Source: Macrostomum lignano
Taxonomy: Eukaryota
DNA: 64,000 bases
Direction: 5' to 3'
Assembly (NCBI GenBank): GCA_002269645.1
Contig: NIVC01000861.1
Span: forward strand, 186,001 to 250,000
A program made the position numbers and the translations under genes. Below are positions 10,441 to 41,700 of the stretch, one piece after another; the first letter of the stretch is position 1, and every line of letters begins with the position of its first letter. Below the pieces are notes generated by a model. That model was not told where the DNA came from. It worked only from the letters and a program-made list of their open reading frames with translations, and ran no database searches.

Positions 10441-11219
10441 CTAGGGCTAGTTGTTAATATTTGTGGCCAAATTTGACGGATATTTGAAAATATTTTTGCG
10501 ATGACGCGTTAATGTGCAAGTCAATTGTGATTCTTTTAGTAATGGAACATTGCGTCCATTAAGTGTGACAGATTTCAAGTTTCGATGTAGATGGAATTTT
10601 TAATTACAGGTCTTCGCTGGCTATCTGACCAAGGTTATTGATTTCATACAATCTTAAAATATCAATCTTATTTGCGTCCTCATTGGGATCATATGAAGAC
10701 CTTCTAATTATTTCTACATTAACGTTGACAGATGTTTTTAAAGAGCTTTTTAAAAAATTCCCTATTTCTATGAACGTCTTCAGTCAAGTCAATAATCAGT
10801 TAGTTAAAAATATATATGGGCTCTGTCAAGACTCACTGAAGTCCTTCATCAAAAGAATATAAAGCTGACATAAAAGTTTTAAAGTTTTAAGTTTTAAAGT
10901 TTTACCGTTTTCCTTAGCATAAGCTCGTATCCTTGTCCATATTGTTTCTAACGAATTGAGATTCATTAGCCATAAATAATATTAAAAGTACATGTAGAAA
11001 TCAATTTGTGGCTGGTTATTATAGGTTATAGCTAAACACTGCATTTATGGTCAGCTTAGCTGTTCATTTCTTGGGAGCAAAGTTGGGGTCAGTTTGTAAT
11101 TGCCAGCCCGCCATTTCTCGCAGCCGACATTTGCCAGCCGATCAGCGTGTCATTGACCAGAAATTGTTTTAAAATACAACAAGAAGATTAAGACTTGGGG
11201 TTGAGAAATCAGGCTTTAG

Positions 11220-11567
11220 GATATTTTTATTACAGGTGCAGGTGGCTGTGTGCACCCTGGCGCAATTTTAGCGACATTGTCACAAAACCGTCGTGAGGCA
11301 TTACTGCCCATACCGCCGACTCCCCTGAGCAGGCACACAAGCGCGCGGGTACGTACGCAGTCATACGCACAGGCACTCACACAGGAGTGTACAGCGGGCC
11401 TAACATTATTTATTGTTAGGCATGTACACTTCCCTGTTCCTTGGGGGCTGGCCCTCAATGTCGTTAACTGCGCACGAGCAGAGCCAAGCCGAGATTTCAG
11501 TTTAGCCCCAAATTAATGCGACTGCACTTGGAATCGAGCCCGGGTCGCTGGCACCTCAGAGCGCCCT
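11220..11567 (-). mobile_element. tRNA-derived SINE, near full-length copy (head clipped)
   Basis: Shares its body with 4600-4780 and its tail with 19889-19995; ends in ...CCTGTAATAAAAA on the minus strand. Confidence 0.75.
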
Positions 11568-12444
11568 CCTCCGGTTTAAGATAAGGTTAGGATTGTAGGC
11601 TTACGCTCGTAGAGTTGAGGAATTTAGGGTTCAGTATAGGATTTGAGCTGGGGATTATGTTCGGCAGTCAATTCGCGTGGTAGTCAAATTGCGGCAGTCA
11701 GTCGTCATCATGGCCACTGCACAATCTCTTTCTTGATTGCTTGTAATTTATTTTTTACAGTACAAGCGCATGGCGGCGTTCATATTTTGCGTCTCATTTA
11801 AACGGCACTTAGGGCATGCGAAGGCGTATTCAGCATGCCAGTGAAGTATGAGACAGGCTAGGCCTATCGGCTAAGGTCTGCGATGCTTCACGCCTGCCCC
11901 ATCTTCAGCAAGTTAAGGCTGGTGGGAGGTCTGCATGCACCCTCTATTTGCCGCTGGCAGTCGCAGACCCCCCCCACTCGCAAGTCGACCCAGGGGTACT
12001 CATCCCCGCGTGTGTTCAAGGCAGACCCTAGGGCTGCTGGACAGACTGGGCTCCGACGCTGGTGACCCATCCAGTGGCTTCGGCCGAACTTGGGTTTGCG
12101 GGTCTGGCTTGCCAGCCTGCAGGCCGTAGCACCGCTTAACGTGCCCCCTAATGCCTAAGGTATTTGACCGTGCCGATGGGCTGGAAGGCCGGGGGTTGTC
12201 CGGTCGCTAGCGGTCATTTTCTTTTTCTTCTTTCCTCCTTTTGTGACTCAGCTCACTCCTGTCTGCGGGCCTTCAGCGGCCAGCGGAATGGGCGACCCTC
12301 GCCTCCCTGCTGTCTACGGACTATCCTGCAGCTAAGTCAACGGCACTTAGGATTCATGTCGTTGGTCTTCACTACGTGTTATCATTATTGACCGAAATTT
12401 TTTAAAACAAAATTTTTGCTTCCATCGTCGTGCGCTATCACAAC

Positions 12445-12943
12445 TTGGTGGTGGTGATTCCCGACCAGAGCTAGTCCGGGGCCCCAATCCTCTGGAGATA
12501 ATCGAGCACGCGAGGGCCGTCGTCAGCGACGACGGACAGCGACGGATTTGGTCCTAGGACATCCGCCCGGATGTCTGCGTGTGCCGGGCACTGGATCATG
12601 AGGTGTTTGAGGTCCTCCTCGGCTTTTCCGCATGCTGGGCAGGTTGCGGATGGCTCCAGACCGTTGCGGGGGCGATATTTGCGGAGACGGGGCAGCGGCC
12701 GGTGCGGAGCTGGGCCAGGGTCACTTGGGCTTTGCTCCCGAAGCCCGGCGGTAAGTGTTTCGGTACATGGCCTCCCTTGTGTGGCAGAGCGATGCGTCGT
12801 CTAGTGCTGATCATTTTCGTAGGCTTCGTTGAGGTCCGAGGCTACCCGCATAGCGATGGCCGAGCGGTTGCTGTAGAGGTCCAGAAGGGCGTCAGCTTGC
12901 TGGAGCCGAGCCGCATCGCGCGCTGTGCTGTCCGCCGTTGACT
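12445..12943 (-). mobile_element. 5'-truncated non-LTR retrotransposon (RNase H/CCHC-type C-terminus, I-superfamily-like), degenerate
   Basis: Minus-strand ADSTARDAA, AQVTLAQLRTGRCP and (after a frameshift) LEPSATCPACGKAEEDLKHLMIQCPA; CACCACCACCAA tail; TSD ctatcacaac (12435-12444) vs ctatcacgac (12944-12953). Confidence 0.8.
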
Positions 12944-13609
12944 CTATCACGACGTCTTTGTAGTGGCCTTATCCGAACAGAAGGCTCTTCTTCAGTGTTT
13001 TGTTGGTCACACAAAACACGGGCATCTTTTTGGCCAGCCATGCTATGCTTGAAACTTGACGTCTTACTCGCTCACCTGTTTACGTCAGTTTCAACAAAAC
13101 TGCAATTCAATTTCACCAATTCAGATTTATTTTTAGACACGCAAGCTAGCTCCCAGACTATAGTTCTGGCAATGAATTTATAGACAAATCCGAAGTCAAT
13201 TTAATCAGGTTTATAATCAATTGCGAGACGTCCTATGAAAAGCAAAGAACAAAAGCAAAGAGGAGCCGATTGAAGATGACTGACTCCTATATACCTGCTG
13301 ATACTGTATGCAGACTGTCACTCAATCAATCCACTCATGCACACACCCCAACAAATTGTAGAGCCGCGCAGAATTTCTAATCATCAGGGATGTACATTCT
13401 CTGTGCCTTTGGGAATTGGTCCTCATAGATGTGAGCCTCCATTTGGTCACTTTTCGTGCTCAAGCCACAAATGAAAGGCTGCCCGTGTCTTTTGCTGCCT
13501 CTGCTCTCCTTGAATTTTATTTAATGTCCTTTCTTTGCTTAGTAATTTTTTAATATTGAGAAAATCACAGATTGTGACTCCTGTACTTTCAATTCCAAGT
13601 ACAGCCAGG

Positions 13610-14480
13610 TAGGCACCCCTGTCTCTTGGTATTCACCCCTGTCTCTTGGTATTCACCCCTGTCTCTTGGTATTCACCCCTGTCTTTTGGTATTCACCCCT
13701 GTCTCTTGGTATTCACCCCTGTCTTTTGGTATTCACCCCTGTCTTTTGGTATTCACCCCTGTCTTTTGGTATTCACCCCTGTCTTTTGGTATTCACCCCT
13801 GTCTTTTGGTATTCACCCCTGTCTCTTGGTATTCACCCCTGTCTTTTGGTATTCACCCCTGTCTTTTGGTATTCACCCCTGTCTTTTGGTATTCACCCCT
13901 GTCTCTTGGTATTCACCCCTGTCTTTTGGTATTCACCCCTGTCTTTTGGTATTCACCCCTGTCTTTTGGTATTCACCCCTGTCTTTTGGTATTCACCCCT
14001 GTCTTTTGGTATTCACCCCTGTCTTTTGGTATTCACCCCTGTCTTTTGGTATTCACCCCTGTCTTTTGGTATTCACCCCTGTCTTTTGGTATTCACCCCT
14101 GTCTTTTGGTATTCACCCCTGTCTCTTGGTATTCACCCCTGTCTTTTGGTATTCACCCCTGTCTTTTGGTATTCACCCCTGTCTCTTGGTATTCACCCCT
14201 GTCTTTTGGTATTCACCCCTGTCTTTTGGTATTCACCCCTGTCTTTTGGTATTCACCCCTGTCTTTTGGTATTCACCCCTGTCTTTTGGTATTCACCCCT
14301 GTCTTTTGGTATTCGCCCCTGTCTCTTGGTAGGCGCCCTTGTCTCTTGGTAGGCGCCCTTGTCTCTTGGTAGGCGCCCTTGTCTCTTGGTAGGCGCCCTT
14401 GTCTCTTGGTAGGCGCCCTTGTCTCTTGGTAGGCGCCCTTGTCTCTTGGTAGGCGCCCTTGTCTCTTGGTAGGCGCCCCT
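13610..14480. repeat. 20-bp minisatellite
   Basis: gtcttttggtattcacccct (about 35 copies) grading into gtctcttggtaggcgccctt. Confidence 0.97.
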
Positions 14481-14850
14481 GTCGGGGCGGGGGGGCGGCC
14501 GTCCGGCTCCCTTTATGGCTGAGGATGATGGCGCCCCTTTTCCTTTCAGCTATAAAAAGGTCCTCACCGCACCTCAGCTTGCTCAGTATGGCGCCCCTCT
14601 CGTGTATATTATGGCGCCCCTGTCGGGGCGGGGGGGCGGCCGTCCGGCTCCCTTTATGGCTGAGGATGATGGCGCCCCTTTTCCTTTCAGCTATAAAAAG
14701 GTCCTCACCGCACCTCAGCTTGCTCAGTATGGCGCCCCTCTCGTGTATATTATGGCGCCCCTGTCGTGTATATTATGGCGCCCATCTCGTCTATATTATG
14801 GCGCCCCTGTCGTGTATATTATGGCGCCCATCTCGTGTACATTATGGCAC
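14472..14850 (+). promoter_or_regulatory. Tandemly duplicated 141-bp module with GC box and TATAAAA, followed by ~22-bp GGCGCC repeats
   Basis: Identical blocks at 14481 and 14622 each carry ggggcggggg and tataaaaagg (14551, 14692) followed by TCAG(C/T)T-like motifs; 0.4-0.7 kb upstream of the GPCR ATG. Confidence 0.35.
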
Positions 14851-15162
14851 CCCCACTCTTATCCGCTCTCTCACCTCATTTTATACATAAATGCTCGTAA
14901 TAAACCACTAAAACGAGGAGATATTCTATAATGTGAGATCCATGCCGATAAAAAACAATGTTTAGAAACCAAAGCTATGATTTCACATTACAACATTTGA
15001 AAGATTGTTCCATTGGCTGCAGCAGTCAGAATGGCAGCCCAGCCAATAGCAGCACACCGAGTCTGATTAATCTATAAACCCTTCACCCGGTTTACACTGA
15101 GACAAACCCAACTGCAGTTAAACACAAGCTTTAGTGTTTGGATTTGTTTCAGGAATACAAAA

Positions 15163-33205
<18,043 letters not shown>

Positions 33206-33379
33206 GCACCGAGTGATTGCTGTGTTAATAGCCACATTCGACAAGTCAGAATGCTATTTATTTATCATAGGGGATATTTTCTTAGAAAATAGAACAAACA
33301 CCAGTTGTGCTTTCTAAGAGGATACAAATAAGTTTTGAGTTGTTACGAGTTTCGAGAAAAAATTAAAGAAACAAAGGAA

Positions 33380-33630
33380 GGGAGAGGGAAAGTGGGCAGA
33401 GAGGGAGACAGGCGAGGCAGAGAGGGAGACAGGGGAGGCTGAGAGGGAGACAGGGGAGGCTGAGAGGGAGACAGGGGAGGCTGAGAGGGAGACAGGCGAG
33501 GCAGAGAGGGAGACAGGGGAGGCTGAGAGGGAGACACGCGAGGCAGAGAGGGAGACAGGGGAGGCTGAGAGGGAGACAGGAGACGCGGAGAGGGAGACAG
33601 GGGACGCGGAGAGGGAGACAAGGGAGGCTG
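33380..33630. repeat. 21-bp purine-rich minisatellite (GPCR 3' region)
   Basis: Unit gagagggagacaggggaggct. Confidence 0.9.
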
Positions 33631-34997
33631 AGTTGGTGATAGGAGAGGCTGGGTTGAAGAGAGAAACGAGCTATAGGTAAGGGCTGAGAGTGGATTGCAG
33701 GCCCAATCAACCAGGGTTTATTAACCAGTTTATTCCAAGCTATTTAACTCAGCTGCAGGTACACTAGCAGGTTCAGGCTGCATTCCAGCCAGATTTGAGA
33801 TTTGTAACAAAATACCTTCGTTCTAATACATTTTAGCTCCCGTGCGCGTTACATGTAGTTTTGTTTCAATTAGCTGCAACAAGTAACTGAAGTTTGTAAT
33901 CCACAACTTTAAATGTTCTTGATGCGTTATTGATTTTTATTATGCTATTGTAAGAACCATGTTATGAATTCTTGATATATGTATGTTTCTATATATCTGC
34001 TATTTAAACCAGGTCTGTATTTTTGCGTCAATTCAAATTAACTTAAAGAGACTGCTAATTAGGCTTTTAGCAGAATAAACCTTCTATTAGATGTTGTATT
34101 GTGGGCTGTACAGTCATAATCAGTTTACAATGTTTCCTAGAGTAGGATTAGTTTAAATGATGGATAGTTTTCTACAAGAAAAAGGCTATTTTTAAGTAAA
34201 AGATTTTCTAAAATTGGGATCAGTTAGAATGAATATTTTCTTTAAAATTCCTTATAGAGGCTACCAATTAAGTATTTTTCACACGACAAGTACGCTCGGA
34301 TCTATTTCATATTTGTACGTCTAAAATTTAATGCAGCACATATTTTTTAAACTTTTTGTAGCAATCCACAATGCACTTTAACCTACTTAGTGTACACATG
34401 TATTTATCTGCCTAAAGTTCACGTTATATGAATCCCAGTTTACTGTTGTCAATAATAGAAATTGTGCGCAGTTAAGGTGTTCGCAAAAAATCATTTAAAC
34501 TATTTTAGAATATTCAATATAGCTTTGTGAACTGTTTATATTGTTCAATGTAAACCTTTGAATGTAATGATTAAAAATGTATGGTTAAATAAACGTGTTG
34601 TAGGGTCCATTTGGCGTATAAATTTTGAAAAGAATTGAAAGATAATAAATTTTAAGGAAAAGAAAAGCTGAAGATATATAAATATAGACTAGAATGTTAA
34701 CACTATACATGTAGGACTAGAATATAAAAATGTTTTTTAAAAGCTTTGCAAACTTGTCAGCACAAGATCGACTTTAAGAATCAGATAAAATTGACGGAAT
34801 TCTTTGTTTCCAATCAAATATTTGAAGGCTGGCTAGTGAGGTTAGTGAGACGATTAGAAATGGAACCAAATACAAAATAATGCAGTCATTAAAGATTTTA
34901 AGGAGTTTTGTCTTAAATGAAGCAATAAAACAGGCAAGTCAAAATAAAATTCGACCAGAAGCCAGCCTTCAAAGATATTCTAAAAAAAATTTGCAAA

Positions 34998-36499
34998 TTA
35001 AAACAAACTGCCGCTTAAAATTTGCATCGAATCGCGATTCATCCAGCTGAGCCCGCGACTGACTGCCGGCTCGGGGCTGCCGTTTCCGTTGGCGCCGTCT
35101 TTATTATTCGTCAGTGACGCGCCGGCGCCACTGCCTGATAGGAAGAGGCGCGCTCGAGCCGTCTCCAATTCGGCGCCGTCCAGAGCGCCGCCGCCACAAA
35201 TCGATGCGGCTCGCCAAATCGAGTCAGCTGCCGGATCGTCGGGCAGTGGCGGCTCGCCGCCAGCCGCCAAATTTTCCGACAGTTCGTCCGCTAATCGGCG
35301 ACGGAATTCCGATCGATAATCTGGCGCGCTGTTAAGAAGCAGTTCGGCCGCCTGCGGATTCGAACTCTCGTCCGCTGTTGAGCTGCAGAATTCGTCTGGT
35401 CGAAGGAAGATCCGGCGAAGAAAGTGCAGCGCTTGCCACAGTCGGTTGCCGTGCGGTTGCCAGCCGCCGCCGCGGAAGCCACGAGCGATGTCCACGTGAC
35501 CGCTGCTGGGGTCAACTAGCGGGTGGAACACGTAGGGTGGGGCCAGGTACACCTGCGGGTGCAGGGGATGCCTTGGTGTCAGGGGCCTGCAGTAGGCTGT
35601 GTCTCCGGACCGCCCCTGCGGCACCAGACCATGCATGTATTTATTCGAAAGTCAAGCGAAGGTTATATTATGGACACAAACACTGAAAACTGGCTGTCTT
35701 GCTAATGCAAGTTTGGGAGAGAGTTAAAACCGCGGCCTCTACGTGAAAGCGCGTCCTTCTACATGCCGTTGACGTCTTCATTGACGATGCCTTTAGCTAC
35801 CAACAAATTGTAGAGGTATCTACATGTAAATACCTTCCATCGTACTAAAATAAACTCAATAAGACTTTAATAAGTCTACATAAAAACATCCCACTGCAGC
35901 CCCTCTCCCTAAATGCAGTAGCTTTGGCCATTGGCCTCACCTCTAATGAATGTGGCGTCACGTCAAATGAAATGGCGTCACCTCAAATAAAATAGCGTCG
36001 CCTTAAATCAAATGCAATGAGCATCGAATAAAAAAGGACCTCCAATGAAAAATCCTGGCTAAATTGGAACATATTTTACAGCTAATCATCTTTCCATCAA
36101 ACCTACTCTCAGTAGTATTTATTGAGCACAGATAAAGTTGCGCACCTCAGGACAAGTGCTGTCAGGAAATCCTTTGGAAATGTGCAACGTGAACCGAATA
36201 ATATAACCCTGGTATGGGCCGCTGCGAACAAACAGCAGGCCGAACCAGGTGTAGGGCGACAGGCTAGACGGCAGTGGGTACATTCCAGCTACCGGGTTCT
36301 GCATAGCCGCTATGTACTCGCGACGAAGTGCGTATGCTTGACTGATTGAATTGCAGTTTGAAGTATGACCGGGTGCTTTTACTGGGCTTTGCCGCTGCCG
36401 CTGCTCCTCTGACAGTTGGTGTTGATGTTCTGGGTCATTTTGTTTAATTGAATTCCGTCTATTTGTAGCTTGTTGAATTTCCTCGGATAGTGTGCTCAT
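34998..36499 (-). CDS. AKTIP: AKT-interacting protein / Fused toes homolog (catalytically inactive UBC-like E2 variant), 302 aa
   Basis: Exons 36146-36499 and 34998-35552 (phase 0). WFGLLFVRSGPYQGYIIRFTLHI...FPD...CPE, VFHPLVDPSSGHVDI, LWQALHFLRRIF, NPQAAEL and C-terminal GLSW match the AKTIP/FTS pattern. Confidence 0.88.
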
Positions 36500-38784
36500 G
36501 TTTTATTCACCAGATACCCAGCCTGTAAAAATTAAATTCATTAATGGCATTTTCACAATATAAAATTAAAAATGCGCCTACAACTGCATTACAGAGAAAT
36601 TTTTACTCAAATAATTTTTTAGCCTATAATTAAGTATAAAATAAAATAACTTTAAACATCTCGAAAAATTTTAATGAAAATTTTCAGTAGTCTCTTGACG
36701 AATTTTTGTAGTCCCAGGATTTTTAAGTAGTAGTCCCTGGACGAAAGCAAAGTTTAATATATAATCTAGGAATTTAATATATCTACTAACTAAATATACT
36801 ACTCGCAACTCTTTTATCATTCCACTCCACCTCCAGTAGGTAAAAATAACTAATTTACAAAATACATGGCAAAATAATTAAGCCGCCCCAATAAATTTGG
36901 TTGGATCAATCAACCAACCAGAAAGGCAGAAACTACACAAGCAAATACATCCACAAGCCTAGTTAACTAGATAACAATGAATATTTTGGTAACAAGTGAA
37001 GAATAACCAACTAAGTTAAAACGTGTCTGAGTTACACTTGAAATAGTAAATATGAAATATGAATGTTGCTCTGCAAATTTCGTTGAATAGTAGCAAGACA
37101 AATTCGCACGATAATTATGTAGTTACAAACCTTATAATGGTTTGAACTATATTTTTTATTAACTTTTACAGCTTGAAAAGATATCTAAAACAAAATATTA
37201 GCATATCAGGGCTTTATATCCTTCTAAAGAAAATGTTTGTTAAAACGTAATGTATTTTTTACATTTTATGAAGCAATCTTTAAACATTTTAAAATTTAAA
37301 TATAATTTAAAAATCGTCTTTTTTTCTTGCTTCACTCTAGGAAAAGCTTTATATTTGAAAAAGTTTTTTATTATACCTTTGTTTTCTTACCTTTTGTTTA
37401 TAATGTTGTAGAGTCATCGTTAAATTTCAACTAACAACTTTCCAGGAATGAGTGCTTGACGTTTTGTCTTTGTTTGCGGTTAGGGTTTATTATTATTACA
37501 TTATTACATTTGTTTTTAGTGAAAATGAAAAGTGAAAGTGCTTCGCATTTAGACATTTTAACTTCTTTTCCCCACCGGGGTCATTCGCAATTCTAGAATT
37601 CTTGCTGTGTTACTAAACCCGATGGAATGCAATCTAAGGAACAAGTAAATTAATTTAATGATGTCACTCTTTTTGCTCTCCATATATTATACATGCAAGA
37701 CTTTCAGATTGACCTAACTTTGGCGTAATTTTTTTCCAAATCTTGATTTAAAGGGCAAAGTTTCTTGTCAGTCCTATCATATCTAATTTTCAGACTTTCA
37801 TTTTTTTCTTTTTTCAGCGCTAGCAGGCAAAATTTAGTAAATCAAAGTAGGCCCCTAAACCTGGCCATCTAATATATAACTGCACTAATTATATTGTTTA
37901 CAGGTAAATAAATAGAAGATAGTTTACTTAGCAGCTGAAAAATCAACTTTAAACCCCTATCTTATCCTAGATCTGAACTTTATGCTATAATGAAGTACAA
38001 AGTCAAGCTTAATTGATAATTATTTTACTTAATTTTTAAATAATTTTATTAATAATTCACCCTTGCTCAAGTTAAGAACTAGCAATACTAACATTAAAAA
38101 TATATGGTTTTAATGCGAACTTTGTTGTGAGAGCTTATTCAAATTATGTGGATATGAGTCTAGATGTTCTTAGATACTATTTTTAAAAAAATTGTTAATA
38201 TTTAATCTGCAACTATATAGTACTTAAAGGAAACAATACAATTAAAAGTTTTAAATAAAAGTTATCTTAGATAAATTAATTTTTTTATATTTTATTTATA
38301 ATTTAGTCTTTGTTAGTATTTCAATATAAAACATAAATGAGTTTATTATCTTATTATTATATGAGTATTTTAGTTGTTTATTAAGTTATTTAAATTACTT
38401 GATAATAAGCATGAGATTCATTGGTTACCTAAAACTTGCCATAAAACTACGTTTTTCATTAGGAAAAATAATATTTGACTAAAATTTCCTTTGGTATTAG
38501 AATATTGCAACTTTGGCTTATTTTATTGGCATTTACAATTTAATAATATAAAGGAAAAATTGATTTAATACAAAATAATCAAATTAAACAACAAGGTCTT
38601 CTTACTTATTAATAACACTTTTTTGAGTTTGCCACACATTGCGCTGCCTAATTAATAGTATAATAATATTTGACAGTTTAAATGATACTATACTAGTATA
38701 TTTGTTTAACTTCTTACCAAAATGACCCCAGTTAACTTTAATATATTTAAACTGCCAACCCCTTCAGCCATCTTTAAATTAACA

Positions 38785-41700
38785 ATGCCATCAGTTGGTG
38801 CCACTAGCATCACAGATGCTGCAGCCGCTGCAGCCAACCAAGATCCTGACTTGCAGCGCCTGCTGGCCAAAGTTGAACGAATTGGAGCCACCACGAGACG
38901 TCTGGACTCAGTTAGTAATAGCAGCGTTGCTATTGGCAATGGGTCAAATTCTTCATCCGCTGGACTCGAGCCTGTGCTGGCGGACGCTCGCAGTCTGTCC
39001 GAAATGATCCGCTGCACTTCGGAACTGGCCGACCGCGTCAGCAGTAAAGTTCGACAGCTCGACTGCGCCAAGAGTCGAGTCACAGCTGGCCTGCAGCGTG
39101 TTGAGGACATAATCGATTTGAAGGCCTGCACGGATGGAGTTCAGAAGGCCCTGCAAGATGAGGATTACGAGATTGCTGCGGCGCATATTCACAGGTTTGT
39201 TAGTGCTGCCAGTCCCGATTTCTTAGCCAGAAATCCAAATCCCAAATCCTTACAATCCAAATCCCAAATCCTTACAATCCAAATCCCAAATCCATACAAT
39301 CCAAATCCCAAATCCTTACAATCCAAATCCTTACAATCCAAATCCCAAATCCTACAATCCAAATCCCAAATCCATACAATCCAAATCCCAAATCCTTGCA
39401 ATCCAAATCCCAAATCCATACAATCCAAATCCCAAATCCTTACAATCCAAATCCCAAATCCTTACAATCCAAATCCCAAATCCTTACAATCCAGATCCTA
39501 AATCCTACAATCCAGATCCCAACTCCTACGATCCAGATCCCAAATTCTACAATCCCAATTTCAAATCCTAAAATTTAGATCCCAAATCCTAAATTCCAGA
39601 TTCCAAATCCTACAGTTGATTAAATATCTATAATCTTAAAATCCCAATCTCAAATCCTAGAATTCCAATCTCAGCTCCTAGAATCCCAATCCCAAATCCT
39701 AGAATCCGAATCTTAAATCCTAGGATCCCAACCTCAAATCCTAGGATCCCAATCTTGAGTCCTAGGATCCCAATCTCAAATCCTAGAATCTCAATCTTGA
39801 GTCCTAGAATCCCAGCAATGTCAAACGCTACCCGAACCCGAAATTGGTACTCAAACCCCGCTAACTGCAGATACCTGACCCTGGACGAAACCGTGATGCG
39901 CATGACGGCTGACGCAAGCGAAGGCAGCACCCTGGAGGCCAGCTTCGAAGTTCTACACAAATCCGAGGCCGTATTAAAAGACATTGTCCATAAACAGTTC
40001 GATTTAGCCGTACAACGCCAAGATCGAGCTTCTATAGAGAGGTTTTTCAAGATTTTCCCCCTATTAAATTTGCACCAAGCGGGTTTGGAGAAACTGGGCG
40101 GTTATCTTGGCGGCTGTCTCAGGGAGCAGTGCGAGAAGGCCCGCATCGCAGCGTCCTCGGCTGCTGGTCAAGACGGCGGCGCCTGGGCAGCCCAGCAGCT
40201 GCTGCAGCTGTACGAAGCTGTGGCCGCCAGCGTTGAAGTGCATCAGCCGCTTGTGGAGACTTTCTATGGACCCGGTCACCTGTTCGGTCTGCTGCAGGTT
40301 CGCCTCTTCAGTGTGCCTTTCCTGGGGACATGTTCCTGTTCTTGAGGCACATTTCCTGTTTCTGAGACACATTTTCCTGTTCTTTGAGACACATTTGAGA
40401 CACATTTTCCTGTTCTTTGAGACACATTTTCTGTTCTTTAAAACACATTTTCTGTTCTTTGAGACACATTTCCTGTTCTTTGAGACACATTTCCTGTTCT
40501 TTGAGACACATTTCCTGTTCTTGAGGCACATTTCCTGTTTCTGAGACACATTTTCCTGTTCTTTGAGACACATTTTCTGTTCTTTGAGACACATTTCCTG
40601 TTCTTTGAGACACATTTTCTGTTCTTTGAGACACATTTTCTGTTCTTTAAAACACATTTTCTGTTCTTTGAGACACATTTCCTGTTCTTTGAGACACATT
40701 TCCTGTTCTTTGAGACACATTTCCTGTTCTTTGAGACACATTTCCTGTTCTTTGAGACACATTTCCTGTTCTTTGAGACACATTTCCTGTTCTTTGAGAC
40801 ACATTTCCTGTTCTTTGAGACACATTTCCTGTTCTTGAGGCACATTTCCTGTTCTTGAGGCACATTTCCTGTTTCTGAGACACATTTTCCTGTTCTTTGA
40901 GACACATTTGAGACAAATTTCTTGTTCTTTGAGACACATTACCCGTTCTTTGAGACACATTTTCCTGTTCTTTGAGACACATTTCCTGTTCTTTGTGACA
41001 CATTTCGTGTCCATTCAAGACTTTTTTACATTTAGACATTTTTCTGTCTTTTAAGACATTCTGCAATTAATAAATATATTTTGTCGCACTCTAGATCAGG
41101 TAATTATAATTCTATGATCCTTTTTAACTCGTAAACCCTAATCCCGTCCTGATCGTCCTGATCGCCCAATCAGGTGCTGCAAAATGAAGTAGACGCGCAA
41201 GCAAAGCGCATTGTGGATCGATTTCGCAGTCTGCGCGATCTGGACTCGCGCGTCCGTTTAGCGCGCACATCGGCCACTCGTCATCAGCAGTCGCAGCAGC
41301 AGTACGGCCCGGGTAGCCAGGCTCAGATGATGTACCAGCAGCAGCAGCAACAGGTGAGTTAGTGACCACCTAGGGGGTTCTTGACACCCAATTGTGTTGT
41401 GTTTATGAGGGTTGTACATGCAGATACCCAATTAGGTGTTGTGTTTATGAGGGTTGTACATGCAGATACCCAATTAGGTGTTGTGTTTATGAGGGTTGTA
41501 CATGCAGATACCCAATTAGGTATTGTGTTTATGGGGGTTGTAAATGTAGATACCCAATTAGGCATTGTGTTTATGGGGGTTTTAAATGTAGATACCCAAT
41601 TACGCATTGTGTTTATGGGGGTTGTACATGTAGATACCCAATTAGGCATTGTGTTTATGGGGGTTTTAAATGTAGATACCCAATTACGCATTGTGTTTAT

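Noticed and set aside
12040-12330. HDV-like ribozyme (GGCTTCGGCCGAA resembles P4-J4/2)
   Set aside because: I could not assemble P1, P1.1, P2 and P3 in the required order on either strand.
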